From Trichoplax sp. H2 (taxonomy: Eukaryota): DNA of 64,000 nucleotides. Under the pieces are notes generated by a model that worked only from the letters and a program-made list of their open reading frames with translations, had not been told where the DNA came from and did not search any database. The stretch lies in NCBI GenBank assembly GCA_003344405.1, contig NOWV01000142.1, positions 124,001 to 188,000 on the forward strand, in the 5' to 3' direction. Shown here in pieces: positions 43,301-55,607 of the stretch. Position 1 is the first letter of the stretch; each line of letters begins with the position of its first letter. A program made the position numbers and the translations under genes.

Positions 43301-43589
43301 TTGATAGCCGTAGCTTGGACGTTCCATCTATCTGGTAGGGTAATGTTTTGATCGTTGGAATAGTTGAAGACGTTGAAAATTGTTTATTATTGTTTAGATC
43401 GCGTAGTACAAATTGTTATTATTGGTTAGAATGATAATTAATCTCAGTAATGGATAATGATGGACGGAATACATCATTGCCCTTGATTGATTCACAATGC
43501 GCCATTGTAACCTTGCGTAGGCTCTATTATTATTATCTTTTAAAGAGATATGTGTAAAATGGATATAATGGTCTTTCCTTGTTCCGCGG

Positions 43590-43696
43590 TAAACCTCAAT
43601 GGAATGTTAGTTAATGAATGCTCTATAAACCTCAATGGAATGTTAGTTAATGAATGCTCTATAAACCTCAATGGAATATTAGTTAATGAATGCTAT
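43590..43696. repeat. 36-bp minisatellite, 3 copies
   Basis: TAAACCTCAATGGAATGTTAGTTAATGAATGCTCTA repeated three times, nearly exact. Confidence 0.9.
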
Positions 43697-44199
43697 TGCT
43701 ATTTTAATGGCGTTAAAGTTTCGCACCGCTACCAGAAAGTAGGAATCAGAATGAACAACGCTAATTAAAGCGAATCAACTCCTATCCTTGGTTGATTTTT
43801 CAATGTTGTCTCGGATAGGTTTCTACTGTTCAAGTCGATGTTACTTTGTTTACTTTCCTTTTTTTGTAATCGATTGCAATAGAATACTACTGTGGTTAAT
43901 TAATATAATACTCTAACTATTATAATAGCATGAAAGTGAACTTGGGATCAGTGACGATTCAAAATAAACAGCTTTTATCCATGCAAATGAAACTTTTTGG
44001 TGTTCTCGACAAACATGGATTATTGCCTTTGGTAGTCTTGTATCGATCGAGCTGGATGTTCATTTGTCCTTTTCAGTACTTACTTTCAGTATTGGTGAGG
44101 TCGACGAAAAATTGAAAGCTGTTACATCACGCTAGCATTCGTCATAGGGTGGTAGTGCTAATTAGTCGATGTTGGTGCACTCTACTGAGTTTGTGTTTT

Positions 44200-44990
44200 A
44201 CGTCATTCAACGGCTACTAATAATGTCTAAAGTAATGATAGTTTTTAAATTTGTATTAACGTAATAATTAATTAGTTTAATGCAAGGCGATTAAATAACC
44301 TATTGCTTAACCTACCATGTCATTGGTGCACTTTTATCGTGGCAACATAAGCCTATGCGTACGTATTACAGCGATGCAAAAGGTTGGGTTAGTTTAATAA
44401 CTTACTTATTGATATATCTAATAAAATAAGGGTAGTTTTTGAATTCGTATAACGAATAAGTAATGAATTGCAATATAGCTAAATAATTATGCAATAATCT
44501 ATTGCTTTAACCGATCATGTCATTGCTACACTTTCATCGTGAATAATAATATACAGTAGGTCTACAGTAAGCGTTCGTATTATATCAACGCAAGAGGTTC
44601 AACTAGTTTAAGATACTTGCTAATGTATCTGAAGTAACGATAGTTTTTTAAATTTGGGTACCATAATAACTAATTGTAAGATAGTTAAAATATTTTATTC
44701 CTTAACCCGCCAAGCCATGTCACCGATGGATTTTTATCGTGACTGATAACATAAGCCTTAGCGTAGTTATTGCTGTTAGAGGTTCGTCTAGTTAATGGCA
44801 CTTGTCGATGTGCCTTGAGTCATGATAGTTTTGGAATCTGTATACTGTGATAATAATTAATTGTAAGACAGCTAAATAATTTACCGCTTAATCTGCCATG
44901 TCATTGGTGCACTTTCGTCATGACAACGTAAGCCTATCTGTACGTACATCGATGCAAGAGGTTTGGCTAATTTAAGATACTCGTTGATGC
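44200..44990. repeat. Degenerate ~190-200-bp tandem repeat, about 4 copies
   Basis: A CCATGTCATTGGTGCACTTTTATCGT-like core recurs at about 44315, 44515, 44716 and 44896. Flanking GATAGTTTT and GAGGTT motifs recur at the same spacing. Confidence 0.75.
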
Positions 44991-46087
44991 AGTAAACTTA
45001 TTTTTACACTATACTAGTATGCAGTATTACTATACTAGTTGTAAGTACACAATCAAGAATTAGAAGCTCCTTGAGTGTGCATAGAAAAAAAAATAATTGT
45101 ATTTTCAAAAACTGTATAACATTGTAACTATACCAACCCTAATTTTAGTTTTTTAAAATATTATGTTAACTTAGCAGTATTGATTTCAAATCTAGCCAAA
45201 TAGTTTTACACTAGATAAACTGTCTAGGAATCAATAAAGAATCTATTTATAGTATCTTTTCAATTTACCATCATAAGAAAATAAATTTGCATCTGTACTC
45301 TTGGGGTTATTAAGAAACAAGTGAAATACAAAAATGAATTACTGGGCATTCAATTCAAATATGCTTCATAAAGCATATTGATTAGCTTAGCCAATTCACA
45401 AACTCATATATATACCAATATTTGTTACAGAAAAATACTGATTTTATTCAATATAATTCAATTCGGCAAATGCTATCATTAAGAGAGAAATTGATAATGG
45501 CATTTTAACCGGATTAGGTCATTCATTTTCAAGTACATGATAATCATATAAATTTAATTACAGCGTATAACATAGTGGAATATTAGTAAGCTAATAGCTA
45601 GGCTTCATAGTACAGTACAATAATTTCTGTTATAGTACCATACATACAGTACTGTACAAGGTTAACGAGCCCGATGTACCCTAGAATAGTAAAATCAACA
45701 AAAGAAATTGCAGTAGTAACGATTATCTTGATATTGGACTTTGAAATATGAACTACTAAATGCATCATTTAACAAGTAAAAAGCTTTAACAATATTCATA
45801 AATGTGGAAAGTATCCAATTTAGAAATATCTATGGACACAAACATCAACAATCTACAGATGTAGTGACGCCTAAATTCAAAGAGTGTTGGCGTTCAATTC
45901 AGGCTTACCTATACTCGTATATACAAGAAATACTAATCTGAACAGAATAATGAAAAGGTGGTACTCTTTGCTTATAAACGCATATCATCATTAATGGAAT
46001 AAAATAGTAACCTACAAATTTGTCCTGCCTTATCTGCACAATAAATGAATATTTTATCTCCATTAACCTAAGCTACGATCATATCCG

Positions 46088-47464
46088 TTAGATATGCAAA
46101 AGTTGCAAGGTACTAGGTAAATCTGGAGTTTGATTTTGTTGAGTAGATTGTATTGTCTCATTGTTATTTTTTTTTCTTTCGTCTCTTCGTTTCTGTCGGT
46201 CTTTTTTAGCCAATTCTTTCCTCCGACGATTGGATATGTATTTATTAGGTTGCTGATGACTAGATGGTCTTCCTTTGATATTGCCTTTACTCCCTTTGGA
46301 AGATGATTGTTGTAGCTTTCCATTCGAATGATTATCCAGAGCGACTTTATTTTCATTCTCTGCAACAGTATGGTGAAGATGATGCCCTGCAGTTTTTTGT
46401 GTGCTTTGGCCATCTTGACTGGTTAATTCCTCAATTTGAACAATATAAGCAACAGTATTACTAATATTATATTCATGTTCTCGTAAGGCTTCCCTAACCA
46501 AGTTAATATCTGTACAATTGGATAAATGCATCACTTCTAATTCAATTTCATTTGGTTGATGGATGAAAGTATTACCCATAGAATTTGTAGCATCAGCATT
46601 CTTATTTAAGGCGCTAGCAGTCACTGTTGTCGTCATTTCATTTTTGTTTATGCACGTCTCAGAGTGAGTAGGACTGGCACCGATGGATGTCGTTGATGTT
46701 GTATCTTGAGCTGGTGTTGGATGAGAATGGGGGATAGAATCAGGATGACTGGCATCTTGGCTTCTAGGTTCAGTATTATTATGACATTTTCCTTCGGTTG
46801 CATCTTGTATCCCTTTCTGTTTCTTTTTCGTGGATTCATTGCAAGCAATTTTATCACTATCAGACTTGAGTTGATTTAACTTCACATCCGCTGCACCATG
46901 AGGATGGTTGTCCTTAATTTTTCGAACAGACGAGTAATGCTCGAAATCATGGTAAGAAATATGGAGTTCACGACTACCAGTCTTTGTAGGCCCATCTATT
47001 CCTTCAATTTGCCAGCATGGTTTATTAAGTTGATGAATGACAATGGTAAGGCGATGAATTCTAGCAAAAGCAACCAATGCATCATTGCCAGCAAAGGTCC
47101 CTTCTTGACCAAGCAATTGGATATGTTTATCAAAGGAGACATTATCGATCATAAATGGTTCAAAATCGTTGCGATTTTGGATCATATATTGCACCACTTG
47201 TTGACGATAGTTGATATGATTGGATTCATGGCCTTCTAATTGATCAGCCAAAGCTCGAAATAAGCAGTTTCCATCACCGGTGATTTGGCGTATTTTCAGT
47301 TGTATCCGACTCAGTTGTAACTTTAAGCTGTTTTCTTCACTCGACGACTGCGTTTGTTCTTTCTGACGGCGTATTTCACGCCTGGCAGCTCGTTCATCTC
47401 TTTTTCGTTGTTGTTGAGCTAGTCTTTGCGATTTTTGTCCATTACTATTCTGTTTTTTACCCAT
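46088..47464 (-). CDS. OTUD3: OTU-domain deubiquitinase OTUD3-like, single exon
   Basis: ATG at 47464 (MGKKQ). Basic N-terminus [26 protein letters not shown] (catalytic Cys), [29 protein letters not shown] (catalytic His), a UBA-like segment and a basic C-terminus. Confidence 0.92.
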   Translation of the reverse strand: MGKKQNSNGQKSQRLAQQQRKRDERAARREIRRQKEQTQSSSEENSLKLQLSRIQLKIRQITGDGNCLFRALADQLEGHESNHINYRQQVVQYMIQNRNDFEPFMIDNVSFDKHIQLLGQEGTFAGNDALVAFARIHRLTIVIHQLNKPCWQIEGIDGPTKTGSRELHISYHDFEHYSSVRKIKDNHPHGAADVKLNQLKSDSDKIACNESTKKKQKGIQDATEGKCHNNTEPRSQDASHPDSIPHSHPTPAQDTTSTTSIGASPTHSETCINKNEMTTTVTASALNKNADATNSMGNTFIHQPNEIELEVMHLSNCTDINLVREALREHEYNISNTVAYIVQIEELTSQDGQSTQKTAGHHLHHTVAENENKVALDNHSNGKLQQSSSKGSKGNIKGRPSSHQQPNKYISNRRRKELAKKDRQKRRDERKKNNNETIQSTQQNQTPDLPSTLQLLHI

Positions 47465-48564
47465 GACGTTCCTGCCAATACCATGCAAGCTTGGCTATTG
47501 CAAATTTGCAATGCTATTAACAACCTTGCATCCAATTGGCTTTAGATCCTTCATTCATTGGCAACATCAGAATCCAATCCAATCTTGACCGCTATGACAG
47601 ATGACAGTTTGGTGCTCGATTATACCGTACAGTGTGCATAATAGACCTGATGATAGACCATGTCGTACCCTAAATAGCAACTCAAGACGAAGTCAAGATA
47701 TTAAAAGCTTGATAGGAGCAAAGCTTTGGCCATGGCTACTCGCTATGGCGTTGCATCTTGATAAGGTTGATTGGGCGAAATGATTAAGAAACGGCGTTCG
47801 TTTGTAATCGAAATGACTGGATTGTTATAGTAATCCATAGTGGCGAAGGGTCGAAATGGGTTATTTTATAGTCGTGTCTAGGAGACAACCGACGATGGTG
47901 TTTTTGGCCGTGGTGAATCCTACAGTACCTACTTTACGGTATCCTAGTACTGTACTACAGTACCATGATTGTTTGTACTGTAGAGGTGTCATTTGATGCC
48001 CCCCGATTGCATTTTTTTCCTTTCGTTTTAACTGACAGGTTGGTGTCCTGGTAAAAGAAAGAGAGACGAGAAATGGATGGTTATTCGTCCGAGTTGTACT
48101 ATAGTACTCCATGAACGGTACAGTACAAGTGTAGAGCAAGAATAGCCATAGGAAGAAAAAGATGATGTAATCCATCCAGGACGAAATACTTTTGTAAATA
48201 GAGAAATGGATATTGTACTCTCTTGCGCCATTGATTTTCACATTCACTGAGGCATGTACTGTATGAAGCTGCTGCCTGAACAGGTTCTGAGGTTGGTGGA
48301 ATGTTCTAGAAACACGGTCCACAGCCAGCGCAATCCTTTTCGTTTCAGAGAAATCAACACTAATGTTTTGCGACATTTTGAGAACGAAATCCATCAAAAT
48401 TGTTATGTGTGGAAAGAAGAAGCTCTCATAAGCATGCCTGTATCATTTATTTTTGTGAAGTAAATGATTTGAATTCGTTTTTTCACGATTTATAGTGTAC
48501 CGTTATTCTTGTAAAAATCGCCATTGTACAGTACTACTGCTTGTGTACAGAGTAGTACCGTGCT

Positions 48565-48960
48565 GCATGTCGTCGTTGGCAATGAATTACCAGCGTTGAC
48601 CGTCAACACGGGTGACACGGTCTAGCGGACGTACTGTACCACTGCTTGTCGTCGTTGGCAATGAATCAGAAAGACAATGAATTACCAGCGTTGACCGTCA
48701 ACACAGGTGACACGGTCTAGCGGACGTACAGTACAGTAGTACCGTACTGCATGTCGTCATTGGCAATGAATTACCTGGGTTGAACGTCAACACAGGTGAC
48801 ACCGTCTAGAGGACGTACTGTACCACTGATTGTGTACTGAGTAGTATCGTACTGCTTGTCGTCGTTGGCAATGAATCAGAAAGCCAATGAATGACCAGCG
48901 TTGACTGTCAACACGGGTGACACGGTCTAGCGGACGTACTGTACCACTGCTTGTATACTG
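48565..48960. repeat. Complex ~80-105-bp tandem repeat, 4 copies, between the divergent OTUD3 and Bak-like genes
   Basis: Unit GTCGTCGTTGGCAATGAAT..ACCAGCGTTGACCGTCAACACGGGTGACACGGTCTAGCGGACGTACTGTACCACTG starts at about 48569, 48648, 48753 and 48858. Confidence 0.9.
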
Positions 48961-49063
48961 AGTAGTACTGTTACTGGCTGGCTGGACCATGTAGAGTATT
49001 GGTATAAAACCAGCCTGCAGCCTAGATAAATCTTCATTTTGCATACTACTGCACAAACTAAGG

Positions 49064-52000
49064 ATGGCGCGAAATGAAGGTGACCATCGACTTCGCGATC
49101 GCTTCGGCAGCATTTTTACCAACTATCTAAGCGCAAGATTTCTCTTAAATGACAACCAAGAACGGGCAAGAGATGTAGCGCAGTTTCAAGGAGAGAATTA
49201 CATTGAAGTCAACGGAGACGAGACCGATTTAGGCCGTGGACCTGCTGATGTGGCACAATTACTCATTAACTTTGGAGATAATATAGAAGACCTTCGAAGT
49301 GTCACTCACGATTATATCGATCAAACATTGGTAATTAAGCTTAGAATAGACAAATTAATACAAGTGAAAAGTAATTGCCTTCGCTAATCGTTATCCCCTT
49401 GAAATGGATGAACAAGTGGAAAATGCTTGATCCATCCACTTTGTAGTATTGCTACACTAGACGACATGCTACAAGTGGTCATGACTTGTTTACTGTTCAA
49501 AATGTCATCCTGCCCATCAAGGGGAATGGACTGGGCAGAATAATCCATTCATGAATAGAAGTAAAAAGTAATTGCCTAAGCTAATTGCTATCCCTTTGAG
49601 AAGGATGGATAACTGGAAAATACTTGATCCATCTACCTTTTAGTATTGCTACCCTAGACGACATCAGACAAGATGTGATGAAATGTCCACTGCCGAAAAG
49701 GTCATCCTACCCATCAAGGCTTGAATATACTGTATATCCATCATTTCCTTCTTCAATTATACAATAGCATTGGGCAATCAGTAGTCATGAAATAGACAGC
49801 CGAGAGAGAGGTTGCTAAGAAATGTGTCAAGTGGAAAATGCTTGATCCATAAACCTATGCTACTACTGTACTGTACAGTACTGATTACACCATCATCCTG
49901 GTCATGAAGGTAAGTGTGCTATTAGATCTGAGAAAGGTTCGGTTCAACACTTGATTATCGATCATTTCCTTCTTTAATCATACAGCAGTGTCGTTAAAAG
50001 TCAACCCGACTCCAGGGCGGGATTCGCCTGAAGAATTTCTGTAGTGATGCAGTCTTTGGAAAGCGATTGCATTCATTTCGGGTTGCGTTTTCACTCCATT
50101 TAAGGACTCTATACGGTAGGGTGTGTTGGTCAAATATCCACTATAAAGAATTAGATTGAGGCATCCGAATTTCCTCCACTTCCCCCTCTTAAACCAGCCT
50201 TCGCCAGATTTTAGCTAAAGTAATTTCGAAAAAAATTTTATAGTCGATAATTTGAAGAGTAACGCTAAATTATTATTCGTTCGGCGTAAAGTTTCGTTTT
50301 CAGCAATACTGTACAGTCTAGACTACAGTATGGTTGGACAATCTTGCCAAAGTCGTTTCTTAAAAGTGAAATTATTACACGTTGGGCATGCACGCTCAGT
50401 GACAAGTCAATTGTTTATTTTACTCCAGCTGACACGAGTTGTTTAGTCAAGTTAGCCAGTCCTACTGTTCACGGTTGTGTCTACTTCCCCTGCAATCAAT
50501 ATCATAATCATGGCATGACGATTTAAACCTTAAATATCCTCTGTATTGACATGATGGTATCGAGATGATTTGGAGCCAACGTACATGTTACTATTTATCA
50601 AATTGCATTCCATAAAGTTCGTTCAGGCAATCGTGACTACTGTACAATTTGAAATCCCTGCCATTCAGATAGTAGTTCCCATTTGCAAGATAAAAAAAGA
50701 TGGCAACTTTGAAGAAATCATACTGTTTACTATCGCATTCAAGACATCCGTCAGTAAATGATCACTCGCGTCTTTAATTCAACAGGCAACGTAAAAACAA
50801 ATCATGCTCCATCAACATGTATGTCCAACGTTGATCATATTGATTATTTTTGGCCCTTCAATAGGATTATATGGAGCACTGATGGTACTCCGTTTGCATT
50901 GAAAGGTGCCGCAGAGACAGTTTGATTCCCCAGTAAGTTAATTAGTCCCGCCATTAATCAACTCTGAGGAAATCACCCTGTAATATCCAGTAGTGCGTTA
51001 ATTAAAGATGCCATTCCCATCATTTTTGTTCCTGCAGGCAACTTAAAAGAGCTGAGGCGTTTAGCGTTTTTACCTAGAAGGATTGTTGGACAGAAAACAT
51101 AATGATAAAGTGCTTTAAATACTAAATTAGCTGTAAATCGATTCTTTGATTGCAATAAATGGACGAGTAAATGAAAGTCTTTACCAGACTTTAAATGTAC
51201 AGTACTTCAAGCACTCAAGGGTTTAGCTACGAATCGATTCTTTATTGCAACAAACTAATCTACGAAGTGATATTGCAGAGAATGTTTCATTTAATTAAGA
51301 ATGTTGTTTACATTGCCGTTCTTTTCTAATTCGTAAGAATAGAGTGAAGGGCACGAAAATATACTACCAAGACTTAATAAAAAATTAGGCAGTTTAAGTT
51401 ACTTCTGAATGAGAAATTAGCCCAAAGGATATGATTTCGATAGAACTGAAGACAGCAATTGCATTATTATTGCACTCAACCCAAATTTATTCAGTCCGTG
51501 TTTACTTTACTAAAGCACATATTCATATGATAAATGACTAGTAGTATTAATTAAAACATACCTTTTGAATTATCGTCTGTTATCTTTAAAATTGTAGCTT
51601 TCAAATCTAATAAACTGATACTATGCTGTATTATTATTATTATAATATCAAAATTACGTTAATTAAATCAGCAAATATCTTCTATGTAACTATGTGCAAA
51701 ATGAGATTAACTGATCTACGACTTGGATTAATATTGCATTATCAAAGCTTAGAAAATTTTGCAGATGTTAGTATCATGTTGACATCATTTTTCTTTCTAT
51801 TTTTGAATATAGCATCTAAGTATTCAAGAAATTACCCAAAGATACCAATGGATTGTTGATCATGTGCTTCATTCTAACCGAAATAATTCGTTTGGACGCC
51901 TAGTTGTACTATTCTATTTCGGGTATCAACTAGTTTGTCGTCGATGGGATAATTTTGACTTCAAGCATCTTTTAAGAGAAGTTACAAAAACAATCATTCA

Positions 52001-52351
52001 CATTGCCATAAACTATGTAATGGATAAATTCTGGGATGGAACCTGGGTAATAACAGACTATCTGCACATTATCCCTGATATCAGTAGCTACAATACTGCC
52101 ATTACTCTTGCCATAGTGATAAATTCTTTGAATGATGACAATAATACCTAATTTGGGTAGAAGTGTTAACAATACTGTTAATATCACCTAACTTTGAATT
52201 TTTGGATTAATAACAGGATACCGTCTACGAGAACATAATGCAAATTCCGTTCGTCCAGAGCCAAATATCACCATTCCGAAGGAATTCTTTGATAGCAATA
52301 GCTCTTGTGTTCGGTTCAATTTTGGCGTTGAGTTTTATTCGACGTACCTAA
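49064..52351 (+). CDS. Divergent multidomain Bcl-2-family protein (Bak/Bax-like), 3 exons, 211 aa
   Basis: Exons 49064-49330, 51813-52046 and 52217-52351, all GT-AG and phase 0. Helix-1/BH4-like IFTNYLSARF, BH3 VAQLLINFGDNIE, BH1 NSFGRLVVLFYFGYQL, BH2-like DKFWDGTW|D and tail anchor SLIAIALVFGSILALSFIRRT*. Confidence 0.85.
49360..49860. repeat. Diverged ~200-bp intronic tandem duplication (2 copies plus a partial third)
   Basis: AAGTG/AAAAAGTAATTGCCT..GGAAAATGCTTGATCCAT..TAGTATTGCTAC..CTAGACGACAT..GTCATCCT.CCCATCAAGG at about 49362 and 49559; partial copy at about 49829. Confidence 0.75.
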
Positions 52352-55300
52352 ATGATCGATTAATTAATACTAAAAGAATAGATTTATTATGTGAAAGGCT
52401 TAACTCGTAAAGGATAGATATAAACAGTACAGTTAACTCCAATATTTGATACTGTACCTAAAGATGTGTAAGACAGTGTAATATTATATTCTAAGTTGAT
52501 GATGTATTTAGTAATGTCTACCGTAGATATTGTGTTCAACACGTGATAGATACTCTCTCCGGTTATTTTTGATTGCTATATATCATATTACAAAAAGTAT
52601 TTCTAAGAGGATAATGTTCGTTAGTCAGCGATCTGATAGTTACTGAACCTCTGTTAAATGAGCACATTATCGTAAACCGTCAGTAAAGCGACGGGAGTTT
52701 GCACTAGTCCTTTTGAAGAGGAGCCCTACAGTGCTCAAACTAGAGCTTCACATGAAAGGTGTAAACTATCCTGCATTAAGATACCAACACTGAAGTGTGT
52801 AATAAGTAAGGTGCTAAGACTGTAAACGCGAAAAAGTATATAAGCGGGTAGTTTGGTATAGTAAGATAGTTCTTTCTCGTTAGAGATCCTCAGCTAATCG
52901 ATTACGTTGTACCTTCGTAAACGAGGTTTTGTTCAATAAATCTTAATTTTCTAAAGTTATGAAGATTCTTGATCTATTAACCTCACAAGATGATTCGGTT
53001 CGGTTTTGTCATTGCTAGTAAATGTCTATCTTATATCTATCTGCTAATGCAAATACGACTTTTTCGGTCGCGTTATATGAAAGTTCTCTAAAAAATTCAA
53101 TCAAATTGCAGAAGCGTATCTGTTCCTTTTTTTGAATTTATATGAAATGACTTGTTCATTAACCATGATATATTTATTATCAAACATTTTTGATTTTGGT
53201 CTATAATCGCCCAGTAACTTAATGTTAATTTCTGTCATATATTGAAAATCAGTAATTATAGTATCAGCAATACGGATATTATTTAAAGATCAATACATAT
53301 TAAATACTACGTCCTTCTCTCTACTTTATATCTTTTTTGTCTAAACATTATGATGTAAAGATTGTTTTTATGCCAACTTCTCCAGTATGGAGACAATCTT
53401 GTGGCTAAAACTTGCCGTATGAATTTACTTTTCAAATTTTTAATTTTATAGTAAAGCGAGAGAATTTTGGTCATTAAAATTTTGTTTGTATCGATTAATG
53501 ATCTTCAATATAAAAATACTTTAAAAATTTTATATTCCTTATTGGAACATTAGTGCACAGTCATGAACTTGAATAACTTGACGTGCGTGGTTTAACTTTG
53601 TAATAAAATTAAAATTGTATATCAAATCTCTATGATATTGTCAAATTTCGTATGGATACTACGCAAATGATAGTGGAGGAAAGCGCGAGATTGGTATGAA
53701 CATGTATTGATGAATAGATTTTAATATAAGTATCAATGAAATTGCAACTTTACTATGTGCCTCTTACTAGCATCCCTTTACTAGCAACCTCTGAGATATA
53801 TGTTAGCATGCAAATTTTTTAAATAGTGGCAATTAATCTGCGCAATATCTTGAGATAGAGCTGTATCAATATATTTGGAATAGTGTGCCGTATGTCAGTC
53901 GTCACTTTTACCTTATTCTTGTTAGAATAGACATCTCGGATTAAGTGAGTTAACCAAATTTTACATCTTGTAATCTATTGCATATTATTGCATATACGCG
54001 TAGACTGGGATACATTTTGATTTAACTAACAAGACTGATTACAAGGCAAAACAGATATACCGAATTCGAAACTGTTTTATTCATATCTAAATCCGTAATA
54101 CTTGTTATCTAAGCTCTCTATCTATTTCCACATTATATATAATACTCTTCTAAGTTTATGCATCGAGATATTATGGTACTGTATTAGCAGAAGAGTTACC
54201 AAACTATCGCTTGTAATAAAATCTTAAGGTTGCGTGCTTATAGGATGCAGCAAATAGTTAGCCTTTGGCAATGAAATTTAATCATAACACAACTAAGTAT
54301 ATCTACGTGTATTACCATAGTATGAATATTCTATAAATTTTTCTACTTTATGAAAGAAAATTTATGTATAAAAGCCGATTTAGCCTTAAAATATTCCCAC
54401 ATCTCACTATACTAGCCGTTCTTGCGTACTTAATCATTAATTACAATTACATAATTAATATATTGCGCTGTGTGTTTCCGTTGCAGATCTAAGTAATTTA
54501 GACTCAGTTCTCACTATACTTCGTTGAAGCCTGGCCAAAAAATATTTTGACTATTCTAAACTGCAGTTAATGCACAAAACACCCTCAGAAAATGGAACCA
54601 AGTGGCAAGAAAAGTTAATTATATGATTATGAATGAAAAAGAAAAGCTATAGAAAATAATAGCGATAGTACCACTACTTATAGTGTTCAGATTAGATTAA
54701 AATAGCAGTAATTAACATTTAATTTTAAGCAATTCAGAATAATGACTGGCTAATTATTATCACGCACAGATAGCAATCCAACCCTTTTGTAACAGCATAT
54801 TAGAGCTTTTTGTGGGTCTTGGAGTGTAGAATAATGTTCGATATAATTTTAAATTCGATCCTAGATAATTAATAATCCCAATTTAGTCATCAAAAAGATT
54901 TGTATGTGTTTTAGGCTAGATATTTTTGGTATGATACTATCGTCATAGATAGAATCTGTTTTTATTTGAAATTTTATTGCATAATCGGCATCCAGATCGA
55001 ATTAAATATAGAATTAAATTAGTTATATACTACGAGTTGACTACCATGGTCGAGCTGTTATATATGATGTGTTAGAATGCTAATTATAAAATGCTGACTA
55101 AGCTACTAAACTAGCTTCTCAAGTGAGAATAGGATTTCTATATTTGTTGGCTATAACAGCTAAAGTAATGTTATCGTTGCTAAAGTAACAAGCAGAAACA
55201 TACGTTTAGTCATGGCTATCTTAATCTAATTATTTTCAATATCTTTCGTTGTCACCATATGTCTATCATTAAAAGTCAATGCTTCCGTGATTGAAGCATA

Positions 55301-55607
55301 TTTCAAAGATGTCGATTTACTACAATCTGTAAAAAACTACCTATTTGGATAATAATTTATAACCATTACTGGACCTTGAAATTATTAATCATTGATTTAA
55401 AATTAAATCGATTAACCTTATGCCCCAAAGGGCAAAAGGACAAATTAGTAAGTAATAATAATAATTTGATATTGTACGAAATTGAAGAAAACTTTTATCA
55501 AGTAAAGTTAACATTATATTGCCCTAGCTATTTTATCTTGTTAAATCTTTAAGTACAAAATAACGAGTTGATTAGCTATTATTTTCATGTTGCTTTAATG
55601 AGCTAAT

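Noticed and set aside
48565-48960. CRISPR-like array
   Set aside because: The units are whole tandem duplications with no unique spacers, the context is eukaryotic, and there are no cas genes.
47861-49122. 178-aa and 111-aa minus-strand ORFs
   Set aside because: No recognisable motifs. They cross GTAC-rich and tandem-repeat promoter sequence.
52150-52355. Adhesion-GPCR GAIN-like fragment (NITIPKEFF)
   Set aside because: A different frame gives a clean phase-0 terminal exon with a tail anchor that completes the Bcl-2-family gene.
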